64,000 nt of DNA from IMG/VR virus record IMGVR_UViG_3300022701_000176, one strand, 5' to 3'. The notes under the pieces are model-generated. The model saw only the letters and a program-made list of their open reading frames with translations. It did not search any database and was not told the DNA's origin. Made by a program: the position numbers and the translations under genes. The DNA is from a virus. Taxonomy: Duplodnaviria > Heunggongvirae > Uroviricota > Caudoviricetes. Positions within the stretch are counted from its first letter, which is position 1. The number at the start of each line of letters is the position of its first letter. Positions 10,301 to 19,868 of this stretch are shown piece by piece.

Positions 10301-10585
10301 ATGACAAAAAAAGAAAAACAAGAACTTATCATGAAGCTGAAAAATATTTTAGCTTTACTTGTAACAACAAGATCGGATGATATTACTGAAGATCAATTCA
10401 GTGATATCGTTCGAAAGATTGATGTACTGGATAATATTTTTAAGAACATCATGACCAACACAGATGGTCATAGATGCGAATCGTGCTATCATCCAGTAAA
10501 AGTGGGAGAGATTATTCCCACGGTAGAGTATAATGGACTATTCCGTTATTACGGAAAATCAAAATGTATTTATTGCGAAAAATAA
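10301..10585 (+). CDS. small zinc-ribbon protein
   Basis: RBS AAAAGGAG; CESCYHP...CIYCEK Cys pairs. Confidence 0.45.
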   Translation: MTKKEKQELIMKLKNILALLVTTRSDDITEDQFSDIVRKIDVLDNIFKNIMTNTDGHRCESCYHPVKVGEIIPTVEYNGLFRYYGKSKCIYCEK

Positions 10586-10599
10586 ATACATTATAAAAA

Positions 10600-10653
10600 A
10601 AAGAGAATGGGATATATTATACACATACGCATTTAATCTCATTCTCTTTTTTT
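10600..10653 (+). terminator. rho-independent terminator
   Basis: AAGAGAATGG, a 30-nt loop, then CATTCTCTTT followed by TTTTT. Confidence 0.45.
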
Positions 10654-10660
10654 AAGTTCA

Positions 10661-10735
10661 CATACACACACAGAGAGAGAGAAGAGGGGGTAAGAAAAGA
10701 AGGACAAATAAGTAGAAATAGAAAGAAAGATTTGT
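10661..10735. repeat. polypurine / (CA)n-(GA)n low-complexity tract
   Basis: The tract reads acacacacacagagagagagaagagggggtaagaaaagaaggacaaataagtagaaatagaaagaaag. Confidence 0.6.
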
Positions 10736-11680
10736 ATTCATGGGAATAAAGATCTCAAATAGAATTCAATAGAAGATGCCCATCTTTAATACATCACATT
10801 CTTTCTTTTTCAATTGATAGACCAACTCACCTATCAAGTTGAATGACAGATAAGAGAACTATACGGGAACTGTACCATTCTCACAAAATTATCCATTCAA
10901 CAAATCAATGAGCATAGTCATTTATTGGCTATTTGATACTTTATCTGTTATATTTATCAACCGATAAATTATCCGACAGAAATAAGCGTCACAATACTTT
11001 TAAACGTTTATTTTGCGTCAATATTTCTATATATGAGTTTATTCAATAATATCAACAACTTATCAATCTACAATTTTTAAATTACTTTTTTACACATCAA
11101 AGAAGTACATTTCACTGAAACCTTCCTTTTTCCCTTCCAAACCCATTTTCATCAATACACCCCATATTATAACCAAATCACCCATCTATCAATCCAATTT
11201 ATACGATTTTTACATAGTGCAGATAACCATTTTTCATCAATTTTTAATTGATTTCTATTTCATCAAAATCATCAAATTACTTCTATAATTACTATTCTAC
11301 AATACAAAAAACTGAAATAATGGAAATATACATTCATATCAATCTGGTTAAAAAATTAAGATTGATATATGTGATGATGTCTCTCAGAGAGAGAGAATAA
11401 GATTTATAAGTGTATTCAAAAAACATATGATCTCATTCTCTCTTTCTTTTTTTGTTTATATAAATAGTAGCATAATACTACTACTATTTATATATAAATC
11501 AATCTATATATATTCAAAAAATTATACCAAAAATTTTTCCACATCCAAATAATAGCTATTGAAAACTATATATCAGAAATAAATTCTCATGGAATATAAA
11601 ATTAAAGAATCTGAATATAGATATAATAATTATATTCAGATTTCTTTCAGATTTGGTATAAGTATATATATATGTCTCTA

Positions 11681-11850
11681 TATTGATTCAAAAAAATTGA
11701 TCTATTAATTTCAAAAAATGGTGTATTTTCGTTTTCAGATAGGACAGGTATATATATATATTGATTCAAAAAAGTTGATCTATCAGATATCCATTGATTC
11801 AAAAAAGTTGATCTATTGATTTCAAAAAATGGTGTATTTTCCCAACCAGG
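11681..11850. repeat. tandem direct repeats (about 3 copies, 30-55 bp units)
   Basis: Units share the core TTGATTCAAAAAA(R)TTGATCTAT...TTCAAAAAATGGTGTATTTTC. The listed ORF 11647..11922 is a translation of these repeats. Confidence 0.6.
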
Positions 11851-12155
11851 ACTGGTCCTTAAAGGTACCCTCATAAGTCGCCAAGTAAATCGAAGCTTGA
11901 AGCAATGGTATATGATGTTCATGTTTCAAGTATGCCAATCATTGAAGACCCACCCAAACATCAAAGCTTCAAGTATTTTTTTCGAAAATTTGAGTATTTA
12001 CCCACTCTATCAATATGTCCTGCTATTACCCTATTTCCATCCAAATCGCTCTCATTTCGTTTCTATGGAGATTTATTTTAAATCTATAGTGAGATATTCA
12101 TAAAAAAAGATCATCCAATGTTGACGAAATGAGATAGGAATAAATGGAAATGATG

Positions 12156-12200
12156 TGTCTACTGCCTTACGGCAGATTTAGAATTCCATATATATAGTGA
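12156..12200 (-). promoter_or_regulatory. promoter-like TATATAT motif plus CTGCC-TTAC-GGCAG stem-loop element (copy 1, minus orientation)
   Basis: The minus strand reads tcactatatatatggaattctaaatCTGCCgtaaGGCAGtagacac. The same architecture appears at 19581, 32481 and 56450. Confidence 0.4.
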
Positions 12201-12482
12201 ATCATTCTCTATGTCATGGATAATCTTTTTCTTCTCCAATTACTTCGATTTGTGTTTTGTTAACGAAATCAGTGGAATTTTTATTATTTTTGTTATGTGG
12301 GGGGATTAATGGATACAGGTCATGTTATGATGAATCAGGTCATTTTGGGGAGATTTTGATCAAAATCTATTCAATTTTCTCTATACGCTGATTAATGATT
12401 CCATAGTGAAAATTGAATAAAAAAATTAGTTCGATTATTGTCGAATACTTTCTTTTTACTTCTCTGAATGATCTTTCTAATT

Positions 12483-12510
12483 CACTATATATATATATTA
12501 ATAGATAATC
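12483..12510 (+). promoter_or_regulatory. conserved promoter motif
   Basis: cactatatatatatattaatagataatc lies 30 nt upstream of the RBS of 12542. Confidence 0.4.
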
Positions 12511-12541
12511 ATTAACCATTTTAATAAAAAAGGAGATAAGT

Positions 12542-12823
12542 ATGATTACATCAATGAAGGATTTAATGTTGTGGGGTCGATTTTTCATAGTTTCAATCAC
12601 TGTCATTCTGGTGATTGAGATTGCACGTATTGTGCACCCTACATTTCTGTGGGTGCATAAATACACGATAGTGGATTGGTTGCTTAATACCAATCCACTA
12701 TTCCACCAGCGTCGTCGTAACCGGATTATTAAAGGCTTTATCCGGGAGAGAACCATCATGCAGTATGATAGGTTCTCTCGATACGGGGTTATCCGCGTAT
12801 TAATTCAGAATATACGCGGATGA
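12542..12823 (+). CDS. hypothetical small protein
   Basis: Promoter motif, RBS AAAAAGGAGA and a downstream terminator. The listed ORF 12367..12759(-) is an overlapping shadow. Confidence 0.45.
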   Translation: MITSMKDLMLWGRFFIVSITVILVIEIARIVHPTFLWVHKYTIVDWLLNTNPLFHQRRRNRIIKGFIRERTIMQYDRFSRYGVIRVLIQNIRG

Positions 12824-12833
12824 GAAACCCCCA

Positions 12834-12875
12834 AAAGAGATCATGGACTATACATCCATGGTCTCTTTTTTGTTG
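12834..12875 (+). terminator. terminator hairpin with ATGGACTATACATCCAT core (copy 2)
   Basis: AAGAGATCATGG actatacat CCATGGTCTCTT followed by TTTTTTG. Confidence 0.5.
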
Positions 12876-13259
12876 CAATGCACATAAAAAAATAAAATCA
12901 AGCTGAAATTATTTTTTTATCTCGATCTGTCCTACCCGCACTATGTAAAAAGTTAATAACTCGAAAATTTGACGACATCAGAAATGGGTCATTTTCAACT
13001 ATATGTGACCTGTATCTTTGAAAATAGCCTATTTTTCTTTTTTTATAAATTTATACGATTTAGAGTATAGAAACATAGGACCATTTGGGTGATTTCTGCA
13101 TTGCACAAAAATGATAAATTACTATTATATATAAATTATAGTATATTGCTTCAGAAGCTCTCAGATGCGCCACATTGAACGCAAGCATTGGTGCATACAA
13201 GTATATTCAGAATGGTGCGAACGTTGAATACAGGACATTGAATAGATGGGTTATATATT

Positions 13260-15230
13260 CTATTTCGTCAAAAGATTATAAATATCGTTTTCATCTCCAT
13301 CTCTGAACAAATCAAATGTATTATTCATTCCACCCTTCATATTCCCCATATTGGCCCTTATATAAGAATCCACTTTCTTTTTAAATGTATTAAACTCATT
13401 ATTCATATATTCATCCAATAATGGTGCACCAAACCCATTTAACCCACGTATCAGATCAGTTGCATCTTCAGTTGGTGAATTCATTTCATTATATGTGCTA
13501 TCAAAATTATCAAATGAATCTAATACATCCTTCCTATAATGCCTCACATAACATATAAAGCCCAAAGCCATTGCTAAATCGTCATGCAATCCAACATCAG
13601 CCTGTATCTTATTCCCTTTATCAACTAACCCACTTAATTCTAACGCTAATCTTTCTGATTTAACAATAGATGGATCTTCTATTATGTATTGATATAGAGA
13701 ATCGAGTATTAATGGTCTTGTTTTAACATTAGTAGATAGTCCTGGATAGAATTTCTTATGTCCTGTTTGTCCTCTCCACTCTCCATACATATTATACTCA
13801 TATGATTCATCTCGTAATATCTCTTCTATTACTTGATTGCCATAGCTGTTGTTTTCTATGATCAGGATGGAGCGTGGATACAGTTTAGCTATATATTTGA
13901 CTACAGTAGTAAAATCAAATACTGCCATTTTCCCTTTAAACTCAGCAATTTGTTTCATATCAACAAATCTAAACACTTCTATCGTACTCCAATCACCATC
14001 CCCCAATCCACTCCCCGTATCAACCCCAATTAATACTTTAGAATCTTTATCAGTATGAGTATATCTAATGAACTCACCACCCTGTTGCGTCCAGCCGCTC
14101 TCAAACCCTTCAGAATCGTTTTCAATGTTAACCCCTATCTTACCCCTTATCCAGCGTCTTTCAAGCGGTCTGACGTGTCTGGTGGTTTCTTGCAGCACTA
14201 CAATCACATCATCATCAAATAAATTATTACCAGATCCAACAAACTTCATCTCAAGTTCTTGATTTATCTTACGTTTATTATTCTGTAAGATTGCACACTG
14301 TTGATCATACCACTTTGGATCATTCTTGAATATCGGAATTTCAGACCAATGAATCTTATATGGTCTGAATGCAGAGAGAATAGCATCACCACCATCATCC
14401 ACATTGGTAGTCAATACTGCCGAATCGGTAGTCAATACTGCCGACTTAGACGATTTATCAGCTTCTTCATTTGTCCTTCCCTCCCCCTCCCCACTCTTAT
14501 CCTTTTTCCCACCTATTACATTAGAACTCTTAGATAAATTATTGTTACTATCCAACCACAGCTTGTAATACCACTTTCCTATTCCCTGCTGACCATTCGG
14601 AGTTGATAATACGATGGTTCCATAGGGAATTCCACGCTCTTTAGCCACTTGTTGGGCATATGATAGGGTTGAACCGAGTCCAGTCCACGCTTCATCGATT
14701 TTCATAATGTGTGCAGCTTCGTCAATTACTAGTAATCCGATAGATTTTGACCGAAAAACCGATCCTGGGTTAGACAAACTTACTGCTGTGGAGTGAAGTT
14801 GGCACCCATTTGTGGTACTAAAACTCTGAACGGACTTGTGTTTATACTGTGGTTTCAGATAGTTAGGGAGTTTGTCTACTATGTCTTCCACCTTCTTGCA
14901 AAAATCCGAGGATTCGGCGCCTGATCTACTCAGTACCCCGCTTACCAGGTTAGAATTAAAGGTACTGATATAAGCAATTATAAGTTGGCACAATGTACTA
15001 AAGCCGGTTTGTCTTGATTTGAGTAAAATCAAGTGATGATATTTAAAAAATGCACGAATGATTTCTTTTTGTGGTTCATAGAGTTTGGGTAATGTATCTC
15101 CACCAGCTAATGGTAGATAACAGCATTCTTCCATGAATTTAATTGGATTGTTTTTATATTCTAAATACTTAGTTGCATATTTTAATGCGCTTCTTGATAA
15201 TTTTTCAGTATTATCTTGTTGTATTTCCAT
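13260..15230 (-). CDS. terL: terminase large subunit
   Basis: ATPase signatures (LKSRQTGFSTL Walker A-like; LLVIDEAAHI Walker B) and a C-terminal nuclease-fold motif VLIGVDTGSGLGDGDWS. It carries an internal low-complexity S/K/E-rich insertion. Confidence 0.75.
   Translation of the reverse strand: MEIQQDNTEKLSRSALKYATKYLEYKNNPIKFMEECCYLPLAGGDTLPKLYEPQKEIIRAFFKYHHLILLKSRQTGFSTLCQLIIAYISTFNSNLVSGVLSRSGAESSDFCKKVEDIVDKLPNYLKPQYKHKSVQSFSTTNGCQLHSTAVSLSNPGSVFRSKSIGLLVIDEAAHIMKIDEAWTGLGSTLSYAQQVAKERGIPYGTIVLSTPNGQQGIGKWYYKLWLDSNNNLSKSSNVIGGKKDKSGEGEGRTNEEADKSSKSAVLTTDSAVLTTNVDDGGDAILSAFRPYKIHWSEIPIFKNDPKWYDQQCAILQNNKRKINQELEMKFVGSGNNLFDDDVIVVLQETTRHVRPLERRWIRGKIGVNIENDSEGFESGWTQQGGEFIRYTHTDKDSKVLIGVDTGSGLGDGDWSTIEVFRFVDMKQIAEFKGKMAVFDFTTVVKYIAKLYPRSILIIENNSYGNQVIEEILRDESYEYNMYGEWRGQTGHKKFYPGLSTNVKTRPLILDSLYQYIIEDPSIVKSERLALELSGLVDKGNKIQADVGLHDDLAMALGFICYVRHYRKDVLDSFDNFDSTYNEMNSPTEDATDLIRGLNGFGAPLLDEYMNNEFNTFKKKVDSYIRANMGNMKGGMNNTFDLFRDGDENDIYNLLTK
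14405..14443. repeat. in-frame tandem duplication (18-bp unit, 21-bp period) inside terL
   Basis: ggtagtcaatactgccga atc ggtagtcaatactgccga encodes SAVLTTD SAVLTTN in the terminase insertion. Confidence 0.8.
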
Positions 15231-15493
15231 TTTTATTATCGTCTCTTTCTATTTTTATATATTAATATATACATATGTTATTTATATATGTATATTTACT
15301 GTCTGATGTATATACACATATTTGTCCTTCCGTGTATTGTTTCTCTTCCTCCCCTTTCACCCCCCATTTTTTTATTTATACATATATATACGTATAAATC
15401 ATTCTTTTTCTTCTTTTATTTTTTCTATATATTAATAGATATAATATAATCTTAATATAAATTAATCATAAAAAATTTAGGGGGATGTGTATT

Positions 15494-15697
15494 ATGACGA
15501 CAATGGAAAATTTGTACATTTCCATGTACAAAAAGAACAGGGAAGAGTTTATCAGTGGCGTAGATGATTTAGCTATAGTGGCTGAATCTTATATGTCATT
15601 AGTTGATAGTGGGATAAATACTCGGCAAGATTTACATATTTGTCGAGTGATAATTAGATGGTTTAAAGAGAAGAGAGTGTGTAATCATTCTCTTTAA
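15494..15697 (+). CDS. hypothetical small protein
   Basis: RBS TAGGGGGA precedes the start MTTMENLY. The promoter motif is at about 15428-15455 and a terminator hairpin follows at 15703-15745. Confidence 0.4.
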   Translation: MTTMENLYISMYKKNREEFISGVDDLAIVAESYMSLVDSGINTRQDLHICRVIIRWFKEKRVCNHSL

Positions 15698-15758
15698 ACT
15701 ATTTAAAAAAAAGAGATATATATATGTACGTATATCTCTTTTTTTATTGTTATATATT

Positions 15759-15782
15759 CAGCTATATATATTAAATAATAAC
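15759..15782 (+). promoter_or_regulatory. conserved promoter motif (cagcTATATATATTAAATAATAAC)
   Basis: The identical 24-mer recurs at 16646-16669. Confidence 0.45.
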
Positions 15783-15858
15783 AGATAAATATAAATTGTA
15801 TTTTTTCTATATATATATAATAATGGTTTGTGTGAAAAGAAAGGAGATATATAAAGAG

Positions 15859-16095
15859 ATGAATAATTTAAGTGATAGTGTAAATACTATTTCTTCTTAT
15901 ATGATGACTGATATAGAGTTCTTAATTATAGTCATTATTATTATTTTAATAATATTATTATTATTTGTTTATGTATTAATAAGTTATAAGATTAAAGAAT
16001 ATAAGATGAATAAGTATTTGAAATGGTATTATAGTAATAGACAGTATGGTGATGGATATAATAACAATAATCAACAGAAGAAGAGAAAGATATAA
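15859..16095 (+). CDS. small single-pass membrane protein
   Basis: RBS AAAGGAGA; hydrophobic stretch FLIIVIIIILIILLLFVYVLI. The track start at 15796 is probably too early. Confidence 0.4.
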   Translation: MNNLSDSVNTISSYMMTDIEFLIIVIIIILIILLLFVYVLISYKIKEYKMNKYLKWYYSNRQYGDGYNNNNQQKKRKI

Positions 16096-16206
16096 AGAGA
16101 TGAATATAATAGGAGAAGAGTGAAAGAATTACTTAAGGAACTCCCTCCTATTCCGTCTTCTAAGTTTGTGTAATCTGTAAATATATAAAGAAAAGGAGAT
16201 TTGATT

Positions 16207-16557
16207 ATGTTTATGAGTATAGATAAGAATATGTATGAAGTTATTGATGAAATATTAAATAATGGACTCATGTTCAACACTGTTGTAACAAATCGAATAA
16301 AAAAGATGATCATCGTCAATGATTCATCAAATTCGTTTAAACATATGTATTCAATGGAGTATGAGTATGAAGCAAAATGGAAAAACGAAGTGATGACATT
16401 GAGAATATTTCGGGATGATAATGAGCATGTAGATTTATTCATACTTGTCATATATAAATCGCCTATCAGAAAAACAAATGTCAAAATTGAAAAGTGTGAC
16501 GATACAATGAAAAACTTGAAAAAACAAGTTGAGTATATATGTAACAAAATGAAATAA
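16207..16557 (+). CDS. hypothetical protein
   Basis: RBS AAAAGGAGA; a terminator hairpin follows at about 16565-16625. Confidence 0.4.
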   Translation: MFMSIDKNMYEVIDEILNNGLMFNTVVTNRIKKMIIVNDSSNSFKHMYSMEYEYEAKWKNEVMTLRIFRDDNEHVDLFILVIYKSPIRKTNVKIEKCDDTMKNLKKQVEYICNKMK

Positions 16558-16701
16558 TATTCAACTTTATATAAAAAAAGAGAGCTATATATTTATATGG
16601 TTTATATATAATTCTCTTTTTTTTGTTATATATTCATTATATATTCAGCTATATATATTAAATAATAACTAATAACCATTTATAAAAAAGGAGAATTAAT
16701 C

Positions 16702-16860
16702 ATGACGACCTTCGTAGTAGTTTGTTTAGTTTTAATGGTAATAAGTGGTTTAATGTGGCTTGTTACAGAAGTCATGTTAAACCGGGATGCGGCAAGAGAT
16801 GAAATAGCCGCAAAAAATCAACAGAAAAAGAAAATTGATGAGTTGTATGGAAGAAAATAA
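16702..16860 (+). CDS. 52-aa small membrane protein (absent from the ORF track)
   Basis: Promoter motif 16646-16669, RBS AAAAAGGAGA, ATG at 16702. Sequence MTTFVVVCLVLMVISGLMWLVTEVML...; a terminator hairpin follows at 16868-16925. Confidence 0.45.
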   Translation: MTTFVVVCLVLMVISGLMWLVTEVMLNRDAARDEIAAKNQQKKKIDELYGRK

Positions 16861-16993
16861 AAACTCATTGATTTTCAAAAAAAAGATTGCACAAGCGTCA
16901 ACGTGTAATCTTTTTTTTGTTATATATATTAAATAGTATACTAATTGATTTATGTTTAAATTTATATGATGAATTAGGAGAAATAGGAGAATT

Positions 16994-17629
16994 ATGATGA
17001 ATTTTTTAGATGTCAATCGTAAAAGAGAAATTAATTTTTTAGACGCTGTTATGCTTATTATTGATACGATGATTAAATTTGATAATCATTTAATATTTCA
17101 GTTTCATAAATTAATTGGTCTTTTGAAAAATGATTATGAAAATAGTAACGTTAAATCATTTTTTAAAAATATAAATAAATATGGAGTCGTAACTACATGT
17201 ATATATTCAACATATAATAGTGATTGTAAAAAATTTCAATGTAAATTAAATGAACTTGATTTTAAAATATCTAAAATATTTGTATTAAAACGTAAAAATT
17301 ATGAAATCATAATTGCAGAGAATGCAGTAACTAAAAACTCACATATATCGGTGGTGGGAGGAGGAGGATTGATGAAAATGGATAATGTTATGCTTGAAGC
17401 GAAAAAGACGTTAGAGATACTTAACTCGTTGAAAAAGAGACTAAGTGCTGATTTGGGAGATGATCGAATCATTATTAGATATAAGTGTATATCTGATAAT
17501 AAATATTCTGTCGATCACATATCGGAAGATGAATATAAAAAGTTGTTTGAGAAACATGAACTCGTTTTGATGTCAACTCCAGAAAAATTACAATCATATA
17601 TAAAGTCTACGATATGGGTGGAGGATTAG
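16994..17629 (+). CDS. hypothetical protein
   Basis: RBS AGGAGAATT; first gene of a three-gene plus operon. Confidence 0.45.
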   Translation: MMNFLDVNRKREINFLDAVMLIIDTMIKFDNHLIFQFHKLIGLLKNDYENSNVKSFFKNINKYGVVTTCIYSTYNSDCKKFQCKLNELDFKISKIFVLKRKNYEIIIAENAVTKNSHISVVGGGGLMKMDNVMLEAKKTLEILNSLKKRLSADLGDDRIIIRYKCISDNKYSVDHISEDEYKKLFEKHELVLMSTPEKLQSYIKSTIWVED

Positions 17630-17633
17630 AGAA

Positions 17634-17996
17634 ATGATTAATTGTGGTGTCAATATTGAAAATAATAGATATGTATCATCGTTTATTGGTAAAGTTAGCA
17701 GACATGATGATTATAAGATCTTCATGAATGCTGTAATTAATATCTATAAAATGAGACGTTCCAGAAGGAAATATAATGGAACATTGATAACTCATAGAAC
17801 CATGTTATGTATGGGTGTATATAATGGTGTTGTCGTGACTGAATATATTGTTACGATTGATAATTTTGAAGATGAAAAAACAGTTCTTCATGTTGTCAGT
17901 TATAATGGTGATGATATAGAATTTCATATAACCACATCAGTGTATTCAGTTAAACGTGAAGTTGAATCAGTGTATGGGAAGATATATTGGGGATGA
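17634..17996 (+). CDS. hypothetical protein
   Basis: ORF tightly following 16994..17629. Confidence 0.4.
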   Translation: MINCGVNIENNRYVSSFIGKVSRHDDYKIFMNAVINIYKMRRSRRKYNGTLITHRTMLCMGVYNGVVVTEYIVTIDNFEDEKTVLHVVSYNGDDIEFHITTSVYSVKREVESVYGKIYWG

Positions 17997-18005
17997 GGAA
18001 TCATT

Positions 18006-18209
18006 ATGGAGAAAGAAGATGTTTCAATTATAGTTGGTTCCAGACATGATGTTATTAATATAAAACATTATATGTACGGAACTGAAGAATGGAAAATGAG
18101 ACAAAAACAAATAAAAATGCGTACTAAAGAGTTGAATAAACAGTACGCGAATCATGAATTTCGTAATACGATTGTTGCGAAATTCATAATGAAAGAGTTT
18201 ATTCTGTAA
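18006..18209 (+). CDS. hypothetical protein
   Basis: ORF with RBS GGATGAGGA; a terminator hairpin follows at about 18228-18275. Confidence 0.4.
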   Translation: MEKEDVSIIVGSRHDVINIKHYMYGTEEWKMRQKQIKMRTKELNKQYANHEFRNTIVAKFIMKEFIL

Positions 18210-18340
18210 TCGAACTCGTTCATAATTAAAAAAGATGATTGATTAGAGTTATATATCACTCATCTTTTTTTATTTAATTCCATCATATATATTAATATAT
18301 AACCATTAACCAGTTTAACCATATATAAAGGAGGAATGGT

Positions 18341-18778
18341 ATGATGATGGAAATTGTTGGGAACATGGTTGAAAATGTAGTTTTTAATCTTCTCGAACTC
18401 AAAGAGGAGATGAAACAAAGAATGGAGGCTGGTAAAGTCGCCATTTTAATGCAGAAGATCGACGTTGTCTCTTCTACGAGTTCATCGAATGATGGGGACG
18501 TATTCGATGGGCTTAACATTGACGTTCTCAAGACGCCGGAAAAGATAATGGAAAAGTACGGCGTCGAGTTCCCCAACTATCCCATAGTCGAATCCACCGA
18601 CGACTATGGGCTGGTGTGGTGGACCGATGTGTCTAAGTTGGATCAGGATGAGATTATGAAGTTTAAGATCATTCTGATCGCCATCAATAACGTTAAAGAT
18701 GGCTCCACTGCCGAAACCACTTGGCTTCGGCAGTGGCACAAATGGGTTGAGCGGAATGGGCAATGCGATCCGATTTAG
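18341..18778 (+). CDS. hypothetical protein (GC-richer centre)
   Basis: RBS AAAGGAGGAA; the promoter motif is at about 18283-18310. Confidence 0.4.
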   Translation: MMMEIVGNMVENVVFNLLELKEEMKQRMEAGKVAILMQKIDVVSSTSSSNDGDVFDGLNIDVLKTPEKIMEKYGVEFPNYPIVESTDDYGLVWWTDVSKLDQDEIMKFKIILIAINNVKDGSTAETTWLRQWHKWVERNGQCDPI

Positions 18779-18837
18779 CATTGCCCGAAAATTAGCTACG
18801 ATGATTGTATATATCGTGGCTAATTTTTTATACGATT

Positions 18838-18860
18838 CACTATATATATTAAGTAATAAC
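18838..18860 (+). promoter_or_regulatory. conserved promoter motif (cactatatatattaagtaataac)
   Basis: The identical 23-mer recurs at 19638-19660. Confidence 0.45.
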
Positions 18861-18896
18861 ATAGTAAATAAATTATCAAGAAAGGAGGTGAGAACT

Positions 18897-19067
18897 ATGT
18901 TAAGCGGTTTCTTTAAAGCCGCTGGTTGGGTGGCAGGGGCAACCTTGTCCGCCTACGCCAGCGTGAAACTCGTCGAGCACTGTGAGAGAGTGCTCGACGA
19001 GAATCGGGAAATGCGGAAGCGTCTGGGGATCGAAGATCCCCTCAAGACTTCCACTTCCAAAAAATAA
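18897..19067 (+). CDS. 56-aa small protein (GC-rich)
   Basis: RBS GAAAGGAGGTGA then ATG at 18897: MLSGFFKAAGWVAGATLSAYASVKLVEHCERVL... The track ORF 18699..19067 starts too early. A terminator hairpin follows at 19078-19130. Confidence 0.45.
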   Translation: MLSGFFKAAGWVAGATLSAYASVKLVEHCERVLDENREMRKRLGIEDPLKTSTSKK

Positions 19068-19181
19068 CCTCTACGAAAAAAAGGACCCAGATATATTGTC
19101 TGTATATGTATCTGTGGTTCTTTTTTTGTTATATATTAAATTATAACTTTAAACCATTTTATTTATATAGGAGATGTTATT

Positions 19182-19511
19182 ATGGGTAAAATCTCTATTA
19201 AAACGTTTTGGATCGCATTTTGGACAGTTGCAACTATATCGGTAGGAAGTATCTTGATCTGGTTTGTAATTCAGATGGGATTTCAATTGTATATTAATAA
19301 AGAATATAACAATCCTCCCATCACATCATCATCATCAGTTAAAAATGATAAAACAATAATGTTCGACAATGGGATTGAAATGAATGTTGGATGTAATAAA
19401 GAATATGGCATTATTTGTTTTTTCAGTCATTCAAACACGTTGCAGTACGCCTCATGTGTACCTCTCACCTCAGATTCAAATCAAAAATTATACTCATTAT
19501 GTTCAGAATGA
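19182..19511 (+). CDS. membrane protein
   Basis: RBS TAGGAGA; N-terminal TM WIAFWTVATISVGSILIWFVI; a terminator follows at 19515-19562. Confidence 0.4.
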   Translation: MGKISIKTFWIAFWTVATISVGSILIWFVIQMGFQLYINKEYNNPPITSSSSVKNDKTIMFDNGIEMNVGCNKEYGIICFFSHSNTLQYASCVPLTSDSNQKLYSLCSE

Positions 19512-19580
19512 GTATAAAAAAGAGAAAATTGGTGAAATATATGCCAATTTTCTCTTTTTTTGTTATTTTTTACCATATTT

Positions 19581-19626
19581 CACTATATATATAAAATTGT
19601 AATATCTGCCGTAGGCAGTAGAGACG
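19581..19626 (+). promoter_or_regulatory. promoter-like motif plus CTGCC-GTA-GGCAG stem-loop element (copy 2)
   Basis: cactatatatataaaattgtaatatCTGCCgtaGGCAGtagagacg sits immediately upstream of the regular promoter at 19638. Confidence 0.4.
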
Positions 19627-19637
19627 TTTTTCAAATT

Positions 19638-19660
19638 CACTATATATATTAAGTAATAAC
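19638..19660 (+). promoter_or_regulatory. conserved promoter motif
   Basis: cactatatatattaagtaataac lies 35 nt upstream of the RBS AAAAGGAGGAAG. Confidence 0.45.
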
Positions 19661-19695
19661 ACAACCAATAACTCATTAACTTAAAAGGAGGAAGT

Positions 19696-19863
19696 TATGA
19701 ACATGAATGGATGGGCGAAATTCGGTATGGCGGTAGGTGCAGTTGTGGTTGCGAATATAGCGTGCGCCGCCGCAGCAGGGACGTGGAACATGGTGAAAAA
19801 CGCGGCCACTGCTGCTCGCGAGCAGCAGGAATCGATCGATGCGGCAAAGAAGGCGGCTAACTA
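19696..19863 (+). CDS. 55-aa Ala-rich hydrophobic peptide (GC-rich micro-gene, absent from the ORF track)
   Basis: ATG at 19696: MNMNGWAKFGMAVGAVVVANIACAAAAGTWNMVKNAATAAREQQESIDAAKKAAN. GC is far above that of the surrounding genome, with a strong promoter, RBS and terminator. The listed minus ORF 19676..19900 is its shadow. Confidence 0.5.
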
Positions 19864-19868
19864 ACCCC

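Noticed and set aside
11681-11850. Possible CRISPR array
   Set aside because: Only about 3 imperfect tandem units with no unique spacers of regular length. No cas genes in the window.
11647-11922. 91-aa ORF with internal peptide repeats
   Set aside because: It is a translation of the DNA tandem repeats. It has no RBS and its composition matches noncoding sequence.
12367-12759. Minus ORF 12367..12759 overlapping 12542..12823
   Set aside because: The plus-strand gene has a promoter, RBS and terminator. The minus ORF spans a terminator and intergenic sequence.
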